From Vicinamibacterales bacterium (GTDB lineage Bacteria > Acidobacteriota > Vicinamibacteria > Vicinamibacterales > UBA2999), in contig JBFWNV010000002.1 of NCBI GenBank assembly GCA_050250875.1, forward strand, positions 384,334 through 448,333: 64,000 bases of DNA, written 5' to 3'. Numbering within the stretch: the first letter of the stretch is position 1; each line of letters starts with the position of its first letter. The position numbers and the translations under genes are program-made. Under the pieces are notes generated by a model. It did not search any database and was not told where the DNA came from. It saw only the letters and a list, made by a program, of their open reading frames with translations. Of the stretch, positions 36,620 to 43,653 are shown one piece after another.

Positions 36620-39600
36620 TCAGATTCCGGACCCGACGACCACGGTGCGGGCCCAGACCCTCGAGGGCAGGCCGCGGGCGATGCCGTCGAGCTGCGCGGT
36701 GCGCAGGGCCTCGTGGACGGGCCGGCCGCGGGCCAGCTGGCGGTGCACGCTCACGGAAAAGGCCGCCGCAGCCTCGTCGGGCACGTCGGTCAGGGTGGCG
36801 ATGACGCTGCCGGCTCCCGCCGCGAGCACGGCGCGCGCCAGCGACAGCGGCCCCTCGCCGCGGCGGGTCACGCCGCCGGCCGTGCCGCAGGCGGCGAGGA
36901 ACACCACGCGGGCTGCGTGGAGGTCGGCGCCCGACAGGTCGGTGGCGTACAGCCGTCCGGAATCGCCACCACTGGCGGTCAGCTGCAGGTGCGAACGCAT
37001 GGGGTGCTCTTCGTTGGCGATCCCGTGCGCGGCGAAGTGGATGACTTCCGCGCCGTCGAGCGCCTGCAGCACCGCCGCCGGCGATGCCGCCGCGGCTGTC
37101 AGCACCACGCCGTCGCGGTAGAGGCCGCGCACCGCCGCGGCTTCACGGCCGGCCGCCGGAAGCGCCGGCGTTCCGGCGCCCGCATCGACGACGCCGACGG
37201 CCACCGCCCGCGCCGGCACGCCGCGGTCCGTGCGGGGGTGCAGCGCCTGATCCACGGTCGGCGCGAAGACCACGCCGTGGTCCTGCACGAGTCGCCGGCC
37301 GGTCGCGGTGTCGACGAGTGAGGCGAACGGCACGTCGTAGTACGGCACGTCGGGCACGATCCACAGGGTGTCCAGTCCGCGCAGATCGGCCTGCACGGGC
37401 CGCACGAGGGCGTCGAACAGGGCCGCGGCGGCCGCGGCGTCGACGTCGCCGTCCAGGGTCACCTGGCGGGCCAGTGCCCGGGCCCGGCCGCTGGGCATCG
37501 GCACCCACACATGGCGAGCGCCGCGGTGGCCGACGACGAGCAGCGACAGCCGCGTGTCGAACTGGGAGATGAGCAGGAGGCCGTCGGCCGGGCCGAGGGC
37601 CCGTTCGGCCTCGGTCAGCGAGCGCCGCCCGGCACGCGACCGTCTGGCCTCGGCGAGCGTGCGGCCGCGGCTGTCCTGGAAGGCCTGGAATGCGGCGTCG
37701 AGATCGCCGCGAGTCAGCGCCGCCTCGATGCGGTCGGCGAGCAACCCCCATGAGGCGTCGAAGTACGAGATGCGATCGTCGCTGCCCAGCGCCAGGCGTT
37801 CGCGCTCGAACGCGTCGAGTCCGGCCTCGAGCGAACTGGCCGCGGTGGCGGCGTCGCCCAGCCGGCTGGCCGCGCGGCTGTGCGCGAGCCGCAGCTGCGC
37901 CAGGCGCAGCGTCTCGCCGCCCGCTTCGACGATTCGCAGGGCCTGCTCCGCCGCGGCGCGGGCGCGGCGCCAGTCGCCGTCCGGCGCTTCGGCTTCAGCC
38001 GACAGCAACTGCAGTTCGATGCGGGTCCGGAACGCCGCGTCCGTCACGCCGACCAGCGCCGCACGCGCCGCCGCCAGGGCCGCCGGAATCAGATCCGGGC
38101 GCCCGCTCGCCGCCAGCACGCGCACCTGTGTCGCCAGCGCCTCCACCTCTGCCGCGGGATGCAGCAGGCGGGCATTGGCGACGAGCGCCGCGGTCACGCT
38201 GCCGGCGGCGTGCGGCCAGCCGGCGGCGAGGCAGGCGTTGGCCATGCCGATCAGCCACAGATGTCGGGACCGCGGATCGGCCGCGCCTCCGAAACGCCCG
38301 GCGGCGACCCAGTACCCCCACGAGCGATCGACGTCGCCGACGTAGCGCGAGAACGTCCCGAGCATCGCGTGGGCCGTCATCAGCGTCGGCGCGCCGGCCC
38401 CGTCCTCGGCGGCCCGCAGGTGCGCGCGGTAATGGCGATCGACGTCGCCGAGGCGGCCGTCGCCGAACGCGAGCATGCCGAGGTGGGCCTGCGCGGCGGC
38501 GACCACGTCGGCATCGCCCGGCGGGCCATCGACGATCGCCGCCAGGTGCCGGAGGCCGGCCGCGGTACCGCCGGCACGCAGGTGCGCGCGGGCCGCGAGG
38601 AGGCGGGCCGCCTGGGCGAGCGGACTCCCGATCGCGCGCACGGCGATCACCGCGGCCTCCGCGGCGTCGAGGCTCTCCGCGTAGCGCTCCTGACGCTGCA
38701 GGGCCGACGCGGCGGCGAACGCCTCGTGGCCGAGGGCGAAGCGGCGGCACGCCGCGACCGAGCCGACACACGCCGTCCGCGCCGCCGCCGCCACGGCGGT
38801 CACCACGTCGGCGGGGCCGTTCGGATCGCCCGCAATCGCGGCCAGCGCCTCCGGCAGCACCACCGTCCCGCCGCGTGCCTCCCGCGCCCAGGCCGCCAGC
38901 ACGTCGTCCTCGACGTGGCGCCGGACGGCCCACCGCGGCGCGGCGCGGATCCAGGCGGCCGCCGCCATGGACGTGGGGCGCCTGGGCACACCGTTCTGCC
39001 ACGCCGGCAGCGCCGAGGACTGGGTCAGGGCGTCGAGCCGGCGGCGGGCGTCGCCGGCCCACGCCGAGGCGGCGTCGATCTCGAGGTAGCGCCGCCACGC
39101 CGCGGCGGCCTGGGGGGCCAGGTGCAGCGCGTCGAGCGCCAGCGCGCGGTTGTACAACGCCTCCGGGAGCTCGGGCGCCAGCGCCAGGGCCCGATCGGCC
39201 AGCTCCAAGGCCCGTGGCCAGTCTTCGGGCCGCTCCTGCCGGCCGGCCCGGGCGGCGTACGCCGCCGACAGGTCGCTGAGCAGCGACGGCGTCGCCGCGC
39301 CGGCGGCATTGGCCCGCTCGAGCGTCTCGAGCCCCTCGCCGAGGTCGCCGATCAGCACGTAGGCGACGCCGAGCGCGTGCAGGGTCTCGGGCGAGCCCTC
39401 CGCCGCCGCTCGGCGCTGCAGTTCGCCGGCCACCGCCAGCAGCGCCAGGTTCTCGCCGGCGAGTTCGCCGGATCCGCGCATGACCTGGCGCAGCGGGCCG
39501 TACTGGAAGCCGCCGGTCAACCGCGGTTCGATATAGCGGACCGCGCCCGCGGCCTCGACCAGCCGCGCCACGATGGCGTCGGGCTCGGCCGGCCCGGCGC

Positions 39601-39919
39601 GCCGCCCCTGGGCGAGCCAGACCATCACCGCGATGGCCGCCGCGGCGGCCAGCACGCCACCGACGGCCGCGGCGATGCGCGGACGGGGGGGCGCCACCGC
39701 GGCCACGCCATCCCCGGCGTTGGCCGGCGCCGCGGCGGCGGCGGCCTCGGCCGGCATGGTGTCGACCGCGTGCATCGTGTCAATCAGCCACGCCTGGAGT
39801 TCTGGGTCCGCGGCGATCTCGACATCGACCTTCGCGCGTTCCTCCGGGGGGAGTCGGCCATCGACGTAGGCGGCGAGTGTCTCGGCATCGAGACGGCGGG
39901 CCCCGGGTCGTTCAGTCAT
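36620..39919 (-). CDS. Membrane anti-sigma factor fused to TPR repeats and a C-terminal CHAT (caspase-like) protease domain
   Basis: N-terminal anti-sigma signature LAAYVDGRLPPEERAKVDVEIAADPELQAWL, without the HxxxCxxC cysteines. Single TM segment (IAAAVGGVLAAAAAIAVMVWLA, about 39611-39676). TPR-like helical repeats follow. CHAT region has His (VIHFAAHG, codon 37025-37027) and Cys (VVFLAACGTAGG, codon 36887-36889). The start is ATG 39919 or GTG 39925, and both overlap the sigma gene stop. Confidence 0.8.
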   Translation of the reverse strand: MTERPGARRLDAETLAAYVDGRLPPEERAKVDVEIAADPELQAWLIDTMHAVDTMPAEAAAAAAPANAGDGVAAVAPPRPRIAAAVGGVLAAAAAIAVMVWLAQGRRAGPAEPDAIVARLVEAAGAVRYIEPRLTGGFQYGPLRQVMRGSGELAGENLALLAVAGELQRRAAAEGSPETLHALGVAYVLIGDLGEGLETLERANAAGAATPSLLSDLSAAYAARAGRQERPEDWPRALELADRALALAPELPEALYNRALALDALHLAPQAAAAWRRYLEIDAASAWAGDARRRLDALTQSSALPAWQNGVPRRPTSMAAAAWIRAAPRWAVRRHVEDDVLAAWAREARGGTVVLPEALAAIAGDPNGPADVVTAVAAAARTACVGSVAACRRFALGHEAFAAASALQRQERYAESLDAAEAAVIAVRAIGSPLAQAARLLAARAHLRAGGTAAGLRHLAAIVDGPPGDADVVAAAQAHLGMLAFGDGRLGDVDRHYRAHLRAAEDGAGAPTLMTAHAMLGTFSRYVGDVDRSWGYWVAAGRFGGAADPRSRHLWLIGMANACLAAGWPHAAGSVTAALVANARLLHPAAEVEALATQVRVLAASGRPDLIPAALAAARAALVGVTDAAFRTRIELQLLSAEAEAPDGDWRRARAAAEQALRIVEAGGETLRLAQLRLAHSRAASRLGDAATAASSLEAGLDAFERERLALGSDDRISYFDASWGLLADRIEAALTRGDLDAAFQAFQDSRGRTLAEARRSRAGRRSLTEAERALGPADGLLLISQFDTRLSLLVVGHRGARHVWVPMPSGRARALARQVTLDGDVDAAAAAALFDALVRPVQADLRGLDTLWIVPDVPYYDVPFASLVDTATGRRLVQDHGVVFAPTVDQALHPRTDRGVPARAVAVGVVDAGAGTPALPAAGREAAAVRGLYRDGVVLTAAAASPAAVLQALDGAEVIHFAAHGIANEEHPMRSHLQLTASGGDSGRLYATDLSGADLHAARVVFLAACGTAGGVTRRGEGPLSLARAVLAAGAGSVIATLTDVPDEAAAAFSVSVHRQLARGRPVHEALRTAQLDGIARGLPSRVWARTVVVGSGI

Positions 39920-40742
39920 GGTCACCCCCGGTGCTCTGCTGGTGGGACGGACCGGTGCCCCCGATTTCTATTTCGAGTCCCTGGGCCGATCGGCCAGCCA
40001 GCCGCGTCATGACCTCGGCGACCGCCGAGGCGGCGATTCCCTGGCCCTCGAGCGCGCGCCGCAGGTCGGTCACGATGCGATCGAATCGCCGGTACAACGC
40101 CTTCTGATCGGCGCCGGTCATCGCGGCGATGCGGGCCACGGTGTGTCCCCCCCAATACCGCAGCTGCAGCTGCACCTGGTCGCCCGGGGTCAGCGCGCGC
40201 ATCGCGTCGCCCAGGGCGGCGGCCACCGCCGCGGCGGCGCGGTCCGCTTCGTGGTCGTCGACGGCGTCGCTGGCCCGGCCGGGGCCGGGCACCGTGGCGA
40301 GGTGGTGCTCGTCGACCCGGCGGCGGGCCGGCCGCCGCGGCAGCCGCCGCCAGGTGGCGTCGCACTCTTCGAGCGACGCGACGCCGCGCGCCGCCAGCGT
40401 CTGCGCTGCCTCGCCGAAGGTCAGCCGATCGCGCCCGACCATGCGTTCGAGCTCGATCGCGACCGGACCGAGACGGCGGGCCTCGGCGGTCGGCCGCCAC
40501 TTGCCCCACTCGGCGATCCGCCAGTCGAGATAGAGACGCTGGACGACCGTGATCAGGAAGGTGCGGAGCGAACTGCGCCCGGCGAACTTGCGGAGAATCG
40601 CCTGGTCGCGATCGAGCAGGCGCAGCCGTGCCCACGAACGGAATTCGTCGGCGGCGTCGGGAGCGAGCCGGTGCATCCGGCTGGCCTGGGCCAGAGCGGC
40701 TTCGATCGTCGCGGCGTGAGCGGTATAGAGATCGGGCGGCAC
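39912..40742 (-). CDS. ECF-like sigma-70 family sigma factor, atypically long (276 aa)
   Basis: GTG 40742. Region 2-like FRSWARLRLLDRDQAILRKFAGRSSLRTFLITVVQRLYLDWRIAEWGKW. Region 4-like LTPGDQVQLQLRYWGGHTVARIAAMTGADQKALYRRFDRIVTDLRRAL. About 85 aa lie between them and about 45 aa follow region 4. Confidence 0.8.
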   Translation of the reverse strand: MPPDLYTAHAATIEAALAQASRMHRLAPDAADEFRSWARLRLLDRDQAILRKFAGRSSLRTFLITVVQRLYLDWRIAEWGKWRPTAEARRLGPVAIELERMVGRDRLTFGEAAQTLAARGVASLEECDATWRRLPRRPARRRVDEHHLATVPGPGRASDAVDDHEADRAAAAVAAALGDAMRALTPGDQVQLQLRYWGGHTVARIAAMTGADQKALYRRFDRIVTDLRRALEGQGIAASAVAEVMTRLAGRSAQGLEIEIGGTGPSHQQSTGGDHD

Positions 40743-40759
40743 CGGCGTCCGGACCCGAG

Positions 40760-40789
40760 ATTATCGGGGGACGCTCTGCCCGAACTCAA
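40760..40789 (-). promoter_or_regulatory. Sigma70-type promoter candidate for the sigma operon: TTGAGT, N18, GATAAT (minus strand)
   Basis: The minus strand reads cTTGAGTtcgggcagagcgtcccccGATAATctcgggtccggacgccgGTG. The -10 ends 17 nt from the start codon. Confidence 0.35.
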
Positions 40790-40951
40790 GAAGCCTCGCG
40801 GCGCCGGCGGCGACCGGCGCCGCCGAGTTGACCTCGACCGGCCACCCCGGCACGCGGGCTCTAGGGAAGCCTGGACGCCGGGCCGATCTCCCCCCGGACA
40901 TCGGAGCCGGACGAGGTCGAGTGGGTGGACGGACCGGTCCGCGAAGTTCCG

Positions 40952-43429
40952 CTACTCCGCCCGAAGTGCCACGACCGGGTCGACCCGCGTCGCCCGTTGC
41001 GCCGGCAGATATGCCGCCGCCGCCGCGACACCGAGCATCAACAGCGCGACCGCGACGAAGCTGAGCGGGTCGGTCGGCGTGACGTCGTAGAGCAGGCTGC
41101 CGATGAGCCGGGTCACGCCGAGCGCGCCAGCCACGCCGAGGGCGACGCCGATCGACGCCAGCCGCAGCCCGTGGCCGATCATCATCCGGCGCACGTCGCC
41201 GGCCCCGGCCCCGAGGGCCATGCGGACGCCGAACTCCTGCGTCCGCTGCGACACGCTGAAGGACAGCACGCCGTAGACGCCGACCACGGCCAGCAGCAGC
41301 GCCAGCGCGCCGAAAGTGCCGAACATCTGGCCGAACAACGCATACTGCCAGAAGCCCTTGCGGCGCAGCTCGTCCATCGACGTCGCCGCGAACACGGGCA
41401 GGATCGGGTCGGACGCCCGAATCGCCGCGCGGATCGCCGGCGTGACGGCCACGGCGTTCCCGCCGGCACGCACCAGGAGGCCGGTGTTGGGTGTCTCCTG
41501 ATACGGATACGGGACGAACGCCGCTGGCGTCACCTCGCGTTCGCCGACCTCCTCGACCATCACGTCGGGCACGACGCCGATCACCGTGAACCACCCGGCG
41601 TCCGGATCGTCGAGCAGGCGGAAGCGCCGCCCGATCGGATCGATGGCGCCAAGTTCGCGGGCGCCGGCGAGCCGGCCGGCGGCCGGCGGCGGCGCGGCAG
41701 CGCCCTCGGGCGGCGTGAAGTGGCGTCGCGCCATGCTGACGTTGATTACCGCGACCCCGGAGCGGGTCCGGCTCTCGGCCTCGGTGAAAGTCCGGCCGCG
41801 GATCGCGGCGGCGCCGAGGGCCTGCAGGTAGTGGCTGGTGACGCCGGCGAAGAACAGCTGCGGCTCGCGGCCGACCTCGGCGGCGCCCCCTTCGACCTCC
41901 ACGCGGCTCACGTCCCCGCCGCCGTCGAGCGGAATCAGGTTCGAGGCGCCCGCCGCCGACACGCCCGGCAGGGCCTCGATGCGCGCGACGACGTCGTCGA
42001 TGCGCCGGGCCATCGCCCCCGGCTCCTGATAGCCGTCGCCCGGCATGAACAGCCGCACCGTGGTCAGCACCGACGGATCGAAGCCGACGTCGGCGCGCTG
42101 CAGATTGAGGAAGCTGCGGGTGAAGAGCGCGGCGCCGACCAGCAGCACGATCGACAGCGCCACCTCCATGACCACCAGGATGTGCCGGGCGCGGTTGCGC
42201 GCGCCGGCATCGCCGGTGCGGCCGCCCTCGCGCAGCGCGGCGACCAGATTGCCCCTGACGGCGTGCACGGCCGGGGTCAGCCCGAACACGACGCCGGTCA
42301 GCAGGCTCACCGCGATGGTGTAGCCCAGCGTGCGCGGATCGAGCGTGAAGTCGATGAGGTACGGCACGTCGTCGGCCGGCACGCGGGCGCGCAGGGCGCC
42401 GATGCCGACCCACGCCAGAACCAGGCCGAGCGGTGCCGACGCCGCGCCGAGCAGCACGCTCTCGGTCAGCAGCTGACGGACGATCCGGCCGCGCCCGGCG
42501 CCGATCGCCGCCCGCACCGACATCTCGCGGGCGCGGCTGGTCGCCCGGGCCAGCAGCAGGTTGGCGACGTTGGCGCAGGCGATGAGCAGCACCAGCGTGA
42601 CCGCCCCCAGCGCGGTGAGCGTGACCAGCCGGACGTCGGCCGGCACGTAGTACTCGGTGAGCGGGTCGACGCGGATCCCCCAGCCGTCGTCCTCGGCGTA
42701 CGTGCCCGCCAGCCGCGTCGCGATGGCCGACAGCTCATCGCGCGCCTGATCGGTGCTGCGCCCGTCGGCGAGCCGCGCGAACACCTCGAGCGTGCGGGTC
42801 TGCCGCGGCAGGTCGGCGACGAGCGGCTCGAGTGGCACCCAGGCGACCTGCAGGAACGGGAACTTCACTCGCGGCGGCAGCACGCCGACGACGGTGTAGG
42901 GGCGGGCGTTGATGGTGACGGCGCGGCCGACGATGGCCGGATCGGCGTTGTAGCGGCGCCGCCACAGCTCGTCGCTCAGGATGACGACGTCGGCGGCGCC
43001 GACCCGATCGTCGGCGGCGGTGAAATCGCGCCCCAGGGCCGGCACGATGCCGAGCATCGAGAACAGGCGCCAGCCGACCGCCGCGCCGAGGACGCGCTCC
43101 GGCTCGTCGCCGTCGGAGAAGGTGAGGCTGCGCCCGTCCACCCCGGCGACGGCGGCGATCGACCGGCTCCCCGCCTCGTAGTCGCGCAGGTCGGGCACCG
43201 ACAGCCCGCCGCGGCGCACCCCGCTCTGCTGCTGGGTGGACCACAGCGTGACGAGCTGTCCGGGGTCGCGGAACGGCAGCGGATTGAGCAGCGTGCCGCT
43301 CACGACGCTGAAGATCGTGGCGTTGGTGCCGATCCCCAGCGCCAGGCAGGCGATGGCCAGGACGGTGGCGAGCGGCGCCTTGCGCAGCGCGCGCAGCGCC
43401 AGCCTGATGTCCTGGCGGAGGCCGTCCAT
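40952..43429 (-). CDS. ADOP-family duplicated ABC-type permease (2x MacB-like periplasmic domain + FtsX)
   Basis: MDGLRQDIRLALRALRKAPLATVLAIACLALGIGTNATIFSVV... is the canonical ADOP N-terminus. 825 aa with two FtsX-like 4-TM modules. No adjacent ATPase gene. Confidence 0.85.
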   Translation of the reverse strand: MDGLRQDIRLALRALRKAPLATVLAIACLALGIGTNATIFSVVSGTLLNPLPFRDPGQLVTLWSTQQQSGVRRGGLSVPDLRDYEAGSRSIAAVAGVDGRSLTFSDGDEPERVLGAAVGWRLFSMLGIVPALGRDFTAADDRVGAADVVILSDELWRRRYNADPAIVGRAVTINARPYTVVGVLPPRVKFPFLQVAWVPLEPLVADLPRQTRTLEVFARLADGRSTDQARDELSAIATRLAGTYAEDDGWGIRVDPLTEYYVPADVRLVTLTALGAVTLVLLIACANVANLLLARATSRAREMSVRAAIGAGRGRIVRQLLTESVLLGAASAPLGLVLAWVGIGALRARVPADDVPYLIDFTLDPRTLGYTIAVSLLTGVVFGLTPAVHAVRGNLVAALREGGRTGDAGARNRARHILVVMEVALSIVLLVGAALFTRSFLNLQRADVGFDPSVLTTVRLFMPGDGYQEPGAMARRIDDVVARIEALPGVSAAGASNLIPLDGGGDVSRVEVEGGAAEVGREPQLFFAGVTSHYLQALGAAAIRGRTFTEAESRTRSGVAVINVSMARRHFTPPEGAAAPPPAAGRLAGARELGAIDPIGRRFRLLDDPDAGWFTVIGVVPDVMVEEVGEREVTPAAFVPYPYQETPNTGLLVRAGGNAVAVTPAIRAAIRASDPILPVFAATSMDELRRKGFWQYALFGQMFGTFGALALLLAVVGVYGVLSFSVSQRTQEFGVRMALGAGAGDVRRMMIGHGLRLASIGVALGVAGALGVTRLIGSLLYDVTPTDPLSFVAVALLMLGVAAAAAYLPAQRATRVDPVVALRAE

Positions 43430-43653
43430 GGACGGAGGATACGCTCGCCCGCGGTCACGGGTTCGGGTTCACCCTCACATCCGAGTTGGCGGTGACGATC
43501 GCCCGGCCTGGGAATTCCAGGGCAGTCTCCGCGAGACAAACAAAGGCATACTGATGAGCTGGCCGCCCGTCCCGGCCCGGGATGCTTGCGGCATACTTAC
43601 CAGGCACGGGCGGCCGGTGGCGCGTCCGCTTGGGCGGCCTTTTCGAGGTGGCA

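Noticed and set aside
37690-40012. Long plus-strand ORFs (529 aa and 710 aa) antisense to the anti-sigma/CHAT gene
   Set aside because: The translations are dominated by Arg/Pro/Gly/Ala runs with no motifs. The minus-strand frame carries the anti-sigma, TM, TPR and CHAT signatures.
31269-40742. CHAT/VWA cluster as a known cytoplasmic defence system (type III-E Craspase-like, or vWA-MoxR/STAND ternary conflict system)
   Set aside because: There are no Cas, AAA+/MoxR, STAND NTPase or nuclease genes. No Walker A motif was seen in the 1031-aa protein. The CHAT and VWA parts are predicted to be exported. The defence-system label therefore does not fit, and it is reported instead as an envelope signalling module.
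40925-40950. ECF-type promoter GGAAC-N14-CGTC (minus strand) upstream of the sigma gene, suggesting autoregulation
   Set aside because: The spacing between AAC and CGT is 14 nt, against the usual 16-17 nt. The site sits directly at the stop codon of the ADOP gene, about 190 nt from the sigma start. It cannot be supported without transcription start data.
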